From positions 620,001 through 684,000 of the forward strand of contig MU006099.1 of the NCBI GenBank assembly GCA_010093705.1: 64,000 nucleotides of DNA, read 5' to 3'. This document shows, one piece after another, positions 1-12,533 of the stretch. A model generated the notes under the pieces. It saw only the letters and a program-made list of their open reading frames with translations. It was not told the DNA's origin and searched no databases. Numbering within the stretch: the first letter of the stretch is position 1; each line of letters starts with the position of its first letter. The DNA comes from Patellaria atrata CBS 101060. Taxonomy: Eukaryota. Both the position numbers and the translations under genes were made by a program.

Positions 1-3000
1 ATCGGTAACTGGGTTGCAGGAGCGTGCTTCTTGCCTTCGATATTGGAGGTGGGTGATCCCTTCGTTAGAGTGAAATCTGCAACACCAGCTGTAGCGGAAT
101 GCAATTTGATATTCTCCTTACGTCTGAGGCCTACCTGTCCGCGGTTGTCCATGAAAGTTTCGTAACCATGTTGGTCGAGAACTTCGGATGGAACAGATTT
201 TCGCCCTTCTAGGGAGCGGATCACAGCTTGATTTTCCTTGTTGCCTTCCATGAGGAAGCGTAGGCACATGATGGCATGTTCCTTGATGTAGGGGTTGTGC
301 TCATCATGATTGCAGCAATTGAGTATGGCTTCGATGCCTCCGTGAATGCGGATTTGATCTTGGACCTGTCGAGATTTCCAGATTAGGGAGGATAAAACGA
401 GAATGCAGAGTTTCTTGAGATTTCTCCACTCGAAGTCAGAGGGCTCATCGTGAGCTAATTGTGTGTAGGGGTCAGTTGGTGAAGGGAGATAGGGATCTGT
501 TGGAGGTAACGCTGGCGCATTAACGTCGTATGGCCTTTCTACAGATACAGGAGCCGCTTGAGCAGCATAAGCCTGTTGTTGTTGGTGTTGAGCATTTCTA
601 CGATGAGCGTGTATCGGACCCGCTTTTGGAATAGCTGCATCAAGTTCTTTCAGCAGAGTGACCAATTCACTTGTTATCTCCCACTCCGCCATCATCGACT
701 TCCAAACGTCATGCTCGGTCAATATGGCAAAGAACTCAAGGTATTGATAGACACCTTCGTACATGCGTTCCATATCCCAGAGATTCAGTGGAAAGTCCTC
801 CGGCATTGCACGACCGATGCAAATCTGGCCTTGAAGGAATATTAAGGCGCATGTTTGGGGTATAATATGACGACGGAATTCAGTAAACAGAAAATTGACC
901 ATATGAACATCAACCTTTAGCGGATATGTAAGCCGCTGGGATGTCGACTGGTCTCTGCTTTCTGTCTCTTTGGACAGCGAAAGAGGCGATATCGATGCCT
1001 GTCGAGCGCGAAAGATATTTGTTAACAACTTCATTATAACAGCTTGGGCAGGCGATATGATATCTTTTGATCTACACAATATTAACAAGAAAAGTAGAAA
1101 TAGAAAGAGAGACTCACTCTCTGAAAGCATGGTACGAGAACGGCATCAGGCCGTTCATAAGGATTGCTTCCATTATCTTGACCATGAATTTGAAGTATAA
1201 CTCCTCTTCTCGGAGATCCCAAGCAGCGACAAAGATAAGAAGTTCTCGGAGCAGATTGCGACCATTGTCTTGCGCAAGAAGAATATGGCATCGGACAGTG
1301 TGATAATTTTTGATGGAATTAACCTCCTCTGGTGTTGAGCCATAACCAGGCTGCCGGGGTGATGTAGGAGGTACTACCCCTGACATGATGATCATTGGCA
1401 ATACTTCGATCTCGGTAGGACCAAGGATCAGTGGAACATCTGTCAGAAGACCACGGCCATCGTCTCCAGGGACTACGTAATCATCATCTTCGCTGCCTTC
1501 CTCTTCGCTCAGGTCATCTAGGAGCGCATCTGCTGGAGCAACTCTGATTTCCAGTTCTGCAACTGGTGGAGGCGGAGGCGGGGATGTTGGAGACATAACA
1601 GGAGAAGCAGGAGATATAACCTGGCTTGATACTACCGCTTGACGGTCAGTATCAGTCTCCAGACGCTTCATAAGATCATCCTTGCCATTTTGAAGGATCT
1701 TCGTACCATAACCAGCGGTATAAGCCATCTTGTAATCTGCTTCTACTGCCGGAGACGGCTCTACTATTTCTCCCTTGTTTGGTATCGAGAGTAGAATTTC
1801 AGCAACAGACGGTGATGGCATTCCGTTCTTAAAAGGACCATCTGTTACTGCGTCTCCTGTGCTTACCTGACCAAGCTCCATAGCAGCTTCGATTTTACCG
1901 GTCTCAAATTTGAGGTTATCAATTGAGCGTCTAAGTTCTCTGAGCTCGGCGTTCTGCTTAGCAACTTCCTCCCGGCTTTCTGTTTCCTCCGTGTCTCGTC
2001 TATACTTCTCGACCTCTTCTGCATATGCGTGCCATTTCTAAATGTATGTATGATTAGTATGCACGGTTTATTTTCATTGATTTAACAACGAAAACTTACA
2101 GCTTTCTCTTCCTCCGGTAGCATCAGCCATCGACGTTTACTTTCATCGGCAAGATCACCAGCTTTCACGTCTTTGTTCTTACTGAACAGCTCTTTAGTAA
2201 TGTCTTCTCTAAATTGGCTGAAATACAGCAGAAAACTCGCCGGTGGGTTTTCCCATTGTTCGTCTGTCATAGGTGATGTATGTGGGAACAATGACGGTCC
2301 GCCGACATTACCCTCATTCCACTCCACCCGAATTCTCGGAAATGCGTCCAAGTTAGGCCACAGTTCGGGTCGTTTAGGCATCGAACTAAGGGCTTGTACG
2401 GAGCCTTCGCCACAGTCGAACAAGTCCACCCAGAGCATAAGCTTGCGAATCTCGTTTTGACTAACAAAATTATTGAGAAACTGTAAGCAGGTTATTAGGA
2501 GCTTTTTATCTGTACATCACATTTGATTAGCCCATGTTAGATTGTAGGACTGGGGTAATAGCTAACAAGAATTGACAACGAGCTGCCATTTATCTTCATC
2601 TTCAGTTCCAGCATCGCCATCGTAGCCTCTAGCAGTAACTTTGACACATATAGCTATGAGATCGAACAGCTCCTTATGAAAACCACATTCTGCAGCCATA
2701 TCTTGTGCTTCCTTTCCGATTGATAGACAGTTTCGCATGATCGAGACAACATCATTTAGTCTTTCTAGATCCTTTTGTAAGCTCTTATGGTTCGCGGCAA
2801 TCAGGGGCCCAGACGCGGCCTCATATTCGGGGGCATTGGGGTCGCTAGCGGCGAACGAACGGCTCTCGAGGGAAGGGACAGCTGCTTCGAAGAGAGCATT
2901 TAAATCCAGCCATACTGTTCGGTCAGTTCCCAAAGCTTGTCTGGTTGATTACGTTAATACAGTGAACACCGCTCGCATAGAGTGGGTTAGGTCATACCTA

Positions 3001-3203
3001 ACGGCGGGATCCTTTACAGTGCGTTGCAATGTTGTCTTAGTAACCTTTGTATCCAGCATTTGCATTGTAGACTCTTCGAGATAGGAGGGCGATTTGAAGT
3101 GAGTCGCCCATGGTATCAGAGCTAGGCGCAAGTACGTCGAATACGGACTGGAGGGTTCCTGAGCGTCCCCAGATGGGTCAGGATTTGGGAGTTGGTCAGT
3201 CAT
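1..3203 (-). CDS. CTR86: Ctr86/ataxin-10 family protein (multi-exon; 3' end runs off the window)
   Basis: ATG at 3203 (MTDQLPNP). Introns at about 2941-2997, 2510-2566, 2038-2098 and 1072-1116 join the ORF pieces into one frame (YKKLLITCLQFLNN; SKDIISPAQAVIMKLL). The C-terminal ataxin-10 motif reads FEWRNLKKLCILVLSSLIW...GGIEAILNCCNHDEHNPYIKEHAIMCLRFLMEGN. Confidence 0.85.
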
Positions 3204-3666
3204 TTTCGGTCGCCAGATTGGATTTGTCTTTGGACACGACGAGGATGGGCCTCTCCTCAATATTTGGCTACTCTGACTAAGGGCAATGTGGCTGCATAGT
3301 GGAAGTCACTGATGACATTTTTTATCTAAACAACCAATGCAGTAAGTTCTGTCCCGCAGCACATGTCATTTTTCAAAGCCGACGTTTCCCCGGCCGAAGA
3401 CCTCCTTTTCATTACCTCGTCTTTGCATTAGACGTCCACTTTTCCTTCTTATGCTCATAGTGTTGGTATGGGGTAATAACTACAAACTTGCAAGCTACTG
3501 TGCTATCAAGGTTGAGTTTGTTCGATGTAAAATGCATACTTTCTTGTACTGGACAGTACTGTACAATCCTTCATCGAGTGCACATAACCATCAACCCTTG
3601 AACTAAGGTGAGCTGTGTACAATCAGGGATGAATAATTTCTATCCCAATATTTCATGTGTCCGAAT

Positions 3667-5618
3667 TTAATATACAAAGATGAAATCCTCATTTTTCAAG
3701 TCCGTCATATCCGCAAAGCTATGCTCTCCAACTCTCCTGTGTGTACCAGTATTATCTTCCATGTCAGTCGCTTTCATCTGTCCGATTTTATCCTTTCCTA
3801 CCATCGACTCATCAATGATATGTGCAGATTTACCCAACTCTTGCCTTCTCTTAGCGTGACGTTTGTTTAGGTACATAAGGTAGAATGTTATAAGGCTATC
3901 GTTTAGTTAGTCTCGCATGTCTTCTAATGTCAGAATTCGTCAACTTACATCGCAAATATGGCGCTCAAGGCAAACATGATAAGACTAGAGATGAGACCAG
4001 CTCGATATAGAGGGGCTTGATCTGGTGAGTAAAGTTGAGGTCCGATTATCTTCAATCGTTAACTTTGCGTACAGACAGTACATCAATAGTGATACACTTA
4101 CATTTCCAGTGCACATTCCAATAAATACCACAGCTGATGTACACTTCCTCTTTGTGTCTCCAGCGGTGTTCTGAGCTTCCCAAGCATAGATCATAGGTGT
4201 AATAGCCGCCATACAGGAGACCTGTTAAATACTCTTGTTAGATCAAGGAATACTCCGTCTCCTGGTATTGTTTCTGAAACGTACCATATAGTAGCCAAAC
4301 AAGAGAACACCCTTTTGCGTCCGGTCAACCGTCAGCATCAAAATCGCACCAATCATCGCAGGGATAGCGCAGCCCACTATCACGTAACCTTTCCGTTGCG
4401 TCTTTTGAGCCACCCAGCCGGCGAGGATTGTGACGATGGCCTGGACGATTCCGAATGGCATGTTGAATAAGATTGCGTGAAACTTATCATAGCCGAATGA
4501 TTTTACAATGAGGTTACCAAAGGTCCCGATACCGCCGCTCGCAATACTACCAAAGTTAACCAACGGTTTTGCGTATAAGATTCAACCTTGAGATGCTTAC
4601 GATATCACCAAGACAATAAAGAACCAACACCATGTCTTTAGGTCGTATATGGTCTCCCAAAAATGATCCCACCTCCATTCGCGGGAGATAATCCCCATCT
4701 GGTTGGCCCTGAGACGCTCAATGGCGACAACTTTCTCCCTTTGACTGAGAAACTTTGCCTCCATCGGCGAATCAGGCATGAGCCACCAGACAAGAAGGGA
4801 GTATAAAACCGTCCAAAGGCCACAAAACATGAAGATGATCTATTACCCTAGGGTTAGTTAAATTCCTGTCCGAATTATAGAGTGTCACTACCTGATAAGA
4901 GTACAGTTTGTCGGTCTTAATATGACCCAAACCATAGGTAGTCAAACTTCCAACTATGAAGGTTATACCATTCATTGCATTCCACAGTGTTGTCCGGAGA
5001 GTCTGCTCATTACGTCTCCACCACATCTGCGTCACCGCGACGCATGAAGGAGCTGTCCATGTTAGTAGCAAACAATGAAGTGAGAAGAGTCAACATACCA
5101 ATCATTGCTTCGAAAGCCCCAAGCGTGAACCGCATACCTAATAAACTTGGGAAATTCGTACAGGAGGACATGATAGCTAAACTAGCTCCCCATAAAAGAA
5201 TAGCGCCCGCAATAAGCTTTCCTGTCGGGGCTTTGACAAGGAGAAATGCGGCGAGAGGCTGCATAACTAGCTGCGCAAAGTAGAGAATCGATCCAAGCCA
5301 TGAATACTGTTTTCCCACGAGGTCTGCATCCTCCACAATCCCGAAGATGGAAACGTATGATAGAGAAGACTTGTCAAGCTGCTGGAAAAAGTACGCAACC
5401 AATATCAAAGACAGAACTCTACGATCGATACGGTGCAAAACGTGTTTCTCTTCTTCCGGCGTGAAGCTTAGGTCTTCGTCAACGTCCTCTAGAAACTTTG
5501 CTGCTATTTCTTTTCTTTCTATAGTTTCGATTCTATCTGGATCATTGCCGCTGGTTTCCAAGTTATTGGTTACAGTCTCTTGTGTCTTTGCCTCATATGG
5601 TTCTGCCTTGGACGCCAT
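3667..5618 (-). CDS. MFS transporter, anion:cation symporter / allantoate permease (DAL5-like) family, multi-exon
   Basis: Motifs RIDRRVL...FFQQLDKSSLSY, QYSWLGSILY, MPDSPMEAKFLS, NTAGDTKRK and the C-terminal FADMTDLKNEDFIFVY are typical of DAL5-family MFS. GT-AG introns separate the ORF pieces. Confidence 0.9.
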
Positions 5619-6099
5619 GATGGCCTTTTATCGTATCTTTTGAGACGATATTTGGACTCCTCAGAGTTCAACACAGTTTTCCTCCAACTCCGAGCAGCTG
5701 GCGCGCTCTTTATGAGTGCAAGCATTATTATAGTCCTCCTGCTCTACAAATACGATTTGAAGATCTCTACCCTGAGCAACAGGGTCAGCATGCCAGTAAA
5801 TCTACCATGCATGAATCTCAGATTTTTGTTCCTTTCATCCTGTATCAACCCCACCAGCTCTGACTTTGAGGGGTATCTCTTTCGATGCAATGATGTTCCG
5901 ATTCATCTGCCGGGTAAAATGAGCGTCCAACCAGGACCATGTACATCTATATCCCTGAACTACAACTCATCGAGCATCATAGTAACGCGATGCTTCCAAT
6001 GTCATATTTCACAATTCGAGCGCGTCTACTCCTTCGAGAAGAAAGGTGTAAGATTTTACACTGTGCATAGAGTTCTCAATCCTCTCAACAATCCCCACC

Positions 6100-7401
6100 A
6101 TGGCTCCCTCAAAAGCAAAAAAGTATGCCATGGTCGGCACAGGCGGCCGCTCCAGCTTCTTCTATACAGCAATCGTGCGTGACTTCTCCAGCACCTCAGA
6201 ACTCGTCGCCTTCTGCGATACCAACCAAACCCGCATGAACTTCGCCAACTCCAAGATCCAAGATCTCGGGCACGCGCCAATCCCGACCTACAAAGCCCAT
6301 GACTTCGAAAAAATGATTAAAGAAACCTCCCCCGATGAAGTAATCATTACCACCATCGACCGCACGCACCACATCTACATCACCAAAGCACTCGCACTCG
6401 GCCTCAATGTAATCACCGAAAAGCCAATGACAATCGACATCCCCAAATGCACCGCCATCCTCGACGCCGTCGAACAATCCAAGGGCTCCGTACGCGTGAC
6501 GTTTAACTACCGCTACGCACCGCACAACACCAAAGTGTACGAATTGATAACCTCCGGCGCGATCGGAACGGTGACTTCGGTCCATTTTGAGTGGCTGCTC
6601 AACACCATGCACGGCGCCGACTACTTCCGCCGCTGGCACCGCGACAAGCGCAACTCGGGCGGCCTGCTCGTGCACAAAGCAACACACCACTTCGATCTGG
6701 TGAACTTCTGGCTGCGCAGCCGACCCGAGAGCGTCTGCGCCTTCGGCGACCTCAAATTCTACGGCCGCGAGAACGCAGAGCTGCGCGGCAAAACTAAATT
6801 CTACACCCGCGCTGAGGGCAGCGAGGTGGCGAAATCCGACCCCTTCGCCCTCCACCTCGAATCAAATGAAACGCTCAAAGCGCTATATCTGGACGCCGAG
6901 CACGAGGACGCGTACTACAGGGACCAGAGCGTCTTCAGCGATGGCATCAGCATCGAAGATACCATGTCGGTCCTCGTGCGCTACCGCTCCGGCGCCTCGC
7001 TGTCCTACTCTCTCACCGCGTATGCGCCGTGGGAGGGCTTTCGCGTCACGTTCAACGGCACAGGCGGCAGGATCGAGATGGAGGTCGTCGAGTCGAGTTA
7101 TGTCAATTCCGGCGGGGACCAGAATGCTGAGGGCCAGATGCTTAGTAGGAAGATTCTGCTGAGACCGCTGTTTGGGGAACCGAGGGAGGTGGGAATAGAG
7201 GAGAGCGTAGGTGGGCATGGCGGCGGGGATAAAGTGCTGCTAGAGGATCTGTTTGGGGGAAAGGGTGAGAACGAGAAGGATCCCTGGGGCCGGAAGGCGA
7301 GTCATGTGGATGGCGCGTTGAGCATTTTGACGGGCGTGGCGGCGAATAGGAGTATGGCGACGGGACAGGTTATCAAGGTGGACGAGTTGTTGAAGATATA
7401 G
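6100..7401 (+). CDS. Gfo/Idh/MocA family NAD(P)-dependent oxidoreductase, intronless
   Basis: 433-aa ORF with a Rossmann motif (VGTGGR), EKP motif (ITEKPM), FNYRY, GADYFRRWHR...SGGLLVHKATHHFDLVN and GHGGGD. Confidence 0.92.
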   Translation: MAPSKAKKYAMVGTGGRSSFFYTAIVRDFSSTSELVAFCDTNQTRMNFANSKIQDLGHAPIPTYKAHDFEKMIKETSPDEVIITTIDRTHHIYITKALALGLNVITEKPMTIDIPKCTAILDAVEQSKGSVRVTFNYRYAPHNTKVYELITSGAIGTVTSVHFEWLLNTMHGADYFRRWHRDKRNSGGLLVHKATHHFDLVNFWLRSRPESVCAFGDLKFYGRENAELRGKTKFYTRAEGSEVAKSDPFALHLESNETLKALYLDAEHEDAYYRDQSVFSDGISIEDTMSVLVRYRSGASLSYSLTAYAPWEGFRVTFNGTGGRIEMEVVESSYVNSGGDQNAEGQMLSRKILLRPLFGEPREVGIEESVGGHGGGDKVLLEDLFGGKGENEKDPWGRKASHVDGALSILTGVAANRSMATGQVIKVDELLKI

Positions 7402-7403
7402 GG

Positions 7404-8090
7404 GTACGTGGTACGATGTGATGTAGGAGTCTGTACTGTACTGCACTGTACAAATAGTAAGATGCTGCGACGAATAAATGTGTCTTACGCAAGTTTTGCG
7501 TAACCTAGAAGGAGGGTTACCGCACCTTTGCCTTCTCCCCTATCATAACTTCCCGGATTTTTGGCCTTATACATTCCTTCGAGGTGCGTGGTCTGTACGA
7601 ATAGCGTGATTGTACTGTACGGCTTCGAGATCGTGGTGCGTTCTCCTCTTCCCTGTACAGAATAGTCAGAATCACCTTGAATGTAGAATGTACAGTACAC
7701 TTCTTGAACTTCTATCCTTAGGGCATTTGTGCATTTGAGAGTCACCTATACGTTTCCCCCTTTCCTGTACAGTACTGCCAGACACGCTCTGAGCACAGAG
7801 CGTACCACATCCGGCCCGATCTAGCCCCGTTAAGAGTACGATTGAGGATTCTCTAGACATTTAGCCTTTACCCGTACAGCCGAGTCAAATACAGTTCAGA
7901 CAGATCCTAAGTTTACATTACTCCGCCCGTACAGGTGCAAATTCCCGGAATACGTTCAGTTCATTCATATCAACTGCGAGGTCCCCCGTACAGAGCCTTC
8001 AGATACAGATACACCACTCAACAGCGAACACACCATCACCACATCTCCGGTTAAGTCGTGCATAGACCCCATGATGCCTCGTACTGTACG
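7404..8090. repeat. GTAC-dense intergenic island
   Basis: About 20 GTAC tetramers counted by eye in about 690 bp (about 3 expected at 1/256), often as CTGTAC, TGTACAG or GTACTGTAC. It lies between convergent genes. Confidence 0.75.
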
Positions 8091-8569
8091 TTCTCGTCTA
8101 TTTGGTAAGTATAGAATAAGCTGAGCCGATCCAGGAATAGGAGTTATAGAAAGTGTGTAATGCGCTCTACGGGGAAGGGATAACATATGTAAAGTGTTCA
8201 CTGATATAGAACATCTGGGCGCTTCACGTCGTAGTTATTTTGTTGTTCTTGATGATCTCAATTCATAGTTATTTATTCTTCTTCCCCAACCGTCCCTAAC
8301 TAACCGGACCTAGCTACGCATTTAATACATACTTCCCATATTGACTCCTGAAAGAGCGTGGATCTCATCTCATTCCCCACCACTAAATCCTCATGGTAAA
8401 GAAAGAGTCTCAAATACAGAAAAAGCGCCAGCATCCAGATATCAGAAGTTAAATCCCAAAAAGTAATTTTCATTCATCGGACACCCGTAGGCCGTCCTGA
8501 TCCTCAAAAGCGCCATACCCGGCATGCTAACCATATGTATGAATTTATAAATATATCAGAACAATGCCC

Positions 8570-10562
8570 TCATACGGAGCCCTTAGGTAAACGTCTTAAG
8601 GCGGCCTCGACGTCCTTGTTATCGATCACCACGCCACTTTCGGAACAGCGAGCTTTGGCTCGCAGTTCGGAACAGAGGCCGTCGATATCGAGATTACCCT
8701 CCTTGAAATCTTGGCGGTTTTGTAACTTATCCCTATTCGGTTGGTTAGAAAACCTCAACTTCACGGATGAATTGAAGCTGATGTGGGAATAGTAATTCAC
8801 ATACCAAATCTTATGACAGCTAAGCATCTGTGTCATATCATCAGCCGGAACCACCTCATCGTCAACCCCGTCTTGGATCTTCTCGATGATTTCTAAAGGA
8901 TTTGGCTTCTGCGCCGTCGATACCGCGGGTGTCAACCCACCAAAATTAATCGGACTGCTGAAATCCAACGTATTGCTGAAGGCCTCATTGAAGAAGCCGT
9001 TGGTGAAGTCGCCGTCTCCGACAATCGCACTCTGCGACTCCCGATAATCGCCAAAGAGTTCTGGGTTGAAATCTCCACCGTTTTGCGATGCGAACCAGTC
9101 GATGCCGTTGATATCTGCGCCAGGGGTTTTCGCCGCAGCTGTCGGAGCTGGCGTGCCGTTAGACTGGGACATCGCACGAGGGATTGGATTCCGTGGGTTG
9201 CCACAGGCCATGTTCAACTTCTCACAGAACATAATCTCACCTTCACTATCTCCATGACACACATATCCATGCTCGTTAACGGCATCGCCTTTATCGTTGC
9301 CGTTGCCTGGCGAGTTGTGACTCGGCTCTGGTGACGTACCGGCGGAAGAATTAGGACCGCCAAATTGTGAAACAGACGAGTTGGATGGGGAATCGGTATT
9401 AGATGCAGAGCTATTGAATTGGAAAATGCGAGAAGATGCGCTATTGGATCTTGCGGTGTTTTGTCCGTCACCGTATTGGGAGTTGGCGGCATGTGAGGCG
9501 GGTGGGCTGTTGAAGATACCGTTTTGTGCCGGGCTGTTGGTGGATAATCCGTTAGCTTGCGATTTAGGACTGACAGCGCGACCAGTGCTATTTTGCCCAT
9601 TTAGGGCAGTAGTAGCAGCAGCCATAGATGAAGTAGCTTTCTCGGCAGTCTTCGAAGAACCGAAGTACTGAGTGGTGGGCAAACCGCCAAATTTAGGAAA
9701 TTCGAATTGGAAGTTGTTAGCGGAGCCATTCCCAGTAGCGAAAGACGAGAATGATGGAGGAGAGCGATTGACCGCACTGGCGTTGAGAGACAGTCGCTTC
9801 CTGTATTCTCGAAGCTCGGTTTGCAATCGCTCCACTTGAGCTCGTAGAAGGCCATTCTCATGATTAGCAGTCTCCGAAGCTTTCTCCAACTCGGCCACTT
9901 TCGTTTCAAGGTCTTTCAAGTGCTTTTCTTTCCTTTCGCGGAATGCTCGTTGAGCAGCACGATTTTGAGCTTTTCGTTTCTGTCCGATATATTAGAAGAG
10001 TAACAGAAAATCAAGGAAAGATGATACTAACTGTAGTCGGTTCAGACGTCAGTGGTTTTCTTCCCGGTTTCTTAGCGGTCTTATCTTCGCCTTCTCGTCT
10101 CTTCACGCTGCCATCTGCCTCATCTTCCGAGTCACCATCGTCTGGACTTTTACGTTTTTCTGATGTATCGTTCTCATCAGTCGATGGGGCTTTGGAAACT
10201 CCATCGGGCAGATTCCCGATCATGAGCCCATTCGTGTCATTTTGACTGAAGTCGAAACTGGTGCCTCCATCTAGATAACCGTCGAGATTATCTAGAAAGT
10301 CGCCGTTAAGATCCGGTGTCATGGTGTATGCCTGTTCGGGCGATGCAAAGTATCCGTCGTCAATGTTGTTCATATTGTCTGTGACAGGAAACTGTTGTTG
10401 AGGTTGCTGAGAGGTTCGTTGCTGTGCGCGAGCGTTATTGGCGTATGCATCAGTATTCACGTTTGGGTTATTTGATGTCAAAGCAGCCAGGAGAAGATCT
10501 TGCTGATTAGGCGAGAGGTACATCTGTGGATTGAAGGGGTCGTGCGTGGTCGTGCCTGCCAT
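8570..10562 (-). CDS. YAP1: AP-1-like bZIP oxidative-stress transcription factor (Yap1/NapA)
   Basis: KKPGRKPLTSEPTT|KRKAQNRAAQRAFRERKEKHLKDLE bZIP after the intron at about 9980-10031. n-CRD (FCEKLNMAC) and c-CRD (LSCHKIW|DKLQ...IDGLCSELRAKARCSE) are present, with a second intron at 8733-8804. Confidence 0.93.
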
Positions 10563-12533
10563 TGTGCGGCGTTGAGGCTCACTCGAGGAAAGAGTAAAGC
10601 GGGGTTCGAGAAGCCGAGTAAGTGGGTATATTTCAGCGACAAGACAAGGACAAAGATTTGGTGTTTAATCGACAACAATAGTTGTAACTGCGACGATGAC
10701 GTGTCCTCTACAAAATGGTAAAAGCTTCTTGGTACTATTCTGATTTGACAAGTCAGTTAACGTCAAATGTGTCGTCGTACTGACAGGCATGTCAAAAGGC
10801 GCATCACTAGGGTTCTGACAATGTTGAACAAGACGAAATCAATGGAACAGTATATGGTAGTTCGATCTGAATTCGATAAGATTGCGAAGATGTTGTATCT
10901 TCTGGTGTATAGGACAATGACGAAACACGCAACAGAGTGGAGTGGAAAGCCTGTAAGAATGGGTGGCCGTACCTCCCCAGATGGACCCTTATCCTCCACC
11001 CGCGACTCCTCTCGGTGGCGAATGGTGCTGTACAGTGCAGATAAGGACTGTAAGCAAGAAATGGTATATCGGATGGCGAAGGAAAGTGAAGAGATGTAAG
11101 GAGGGGGTTGGTTGTCTGAGAAAAAGTGTGAAAGAAGTCAAAGCCTTGAGGTCAAAACGAAATGGTGTCAGCGTTTTCGAAAAATCGAGGGTTGAGAAAG
11201 CTCGAACATCTATCGGCCTCTATGCCTAGATGAGTCGGCCTGTTACAAGTATTTCAAGCGGCGATGAATTTGAGGGGCTTTTGAATGTAGTGATTGGCTC
11301 GAGTTAGAGGTGAGATGTGGGCTGAATGCATGAAAGCATGTGGAATCGATCCTTCACGGGGAAAAAAGCGCGAAAAGATGTTGGTGGAGGGTGATGGAGG
11401 GGAAACGGGATATGGCAGAAATGCAAGAGGAGGGCCGCGACTTGATTATCAAGCATCGTAAAAGCGGCGCCTAAAACTAGTTCTATCTGGGTAGGGCTGA
11501 TGAAGCCGGAGGAATCTCAGCGAACGGCTGTTCCAACCACAGAACCACTACTCCAAACAATCATAACATCCATCTTTTATCCTCAGCAATAGGATCAACA
11601 TCTCCACCTAAACCAAGAACATACAAGCCAACTGTTCCTGCGTTCCTGAGTTTAGGATGCACCGCACAGTCTTGGCATGGTCGCTCTGACATTGTCTGCT
11701 CTATGTACGTGAGACGAGAACCCGAAAGGAGAATGATAACGACGGACTACCGTACTGAAAGCAGCAACACGAGCACGCAACTACTTGTCGCAAGGCACTC
11801 GATTGTTATCGAAGGGCCTCGAAGGCTGCAAACCACAGATCCCTACCTCTTATAGAAACATCGGGGTTACGGGTTAACTAACACTTCATCATCCCCATCC
11901 TTGCCAAATTCCATGACGATGGATGATGGGCACGATAGGCTCTGTCGGCCATAGTGGAAACCCTTCGTGCCGTTCTCTAACGTACCGTATCCTAGATCCG
12001 TGACACCGACTGGCCGATCACGCCGATGAACAGTGCTGGTAAACCGTCACCAGCCGTCACCGCTCAATCATTGTTTATCACCTGATTTCCGACTGATTAT
12101 TGTGTTTGGAGATAACGTTGATAGAGTATATACTGCACGACTGCATCTTTCAGGGGATGCATGCAACTTATATCAAATATATTCTCCTATCAGACATTTT
12201 ATGAGCCCCAATGCAGTGTCAATAGATCTTCAGTCTGAGCTTTGTACCTGATATGTAGGAAATTATATTTAGCCATAACGGACGAAGGCATCACGTGAAA
12301 GCGGCCCTTGGCGTACCTTTTGGTGCAGCCGCATCGTCCGAGTTCAACTGATCAACTGCGAGATATAAAGACGAAACCCCCACCGGCCAACCTGCACATA
12401 AGAGATTGCAACGTCACCCGAATGCTACCCAAATACTGCCCGGTCATGTAAGTATTTGATCGAATGAGTTTCCAAAACTCCATCGTCCGGATGTCCAAAT
12501 ACCAATTTCGAATGAAACTCCGGCCCCTCGTCC

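Noticed and set aside
5580..6182. 200-aa + strand ORF across the divergent promoter
   Set aside because: It has a non-ATG start, overlaps both real genes and has no recognisable domain.
6196..7446. Long antisense and alternate-frame ORFs over the oxidoreductase (also over PCK1, PAN2, SNF2 and URI)
   Set aside because: These are shadow ORFs expected from biased codon usage; they have no motifs or independent signals.
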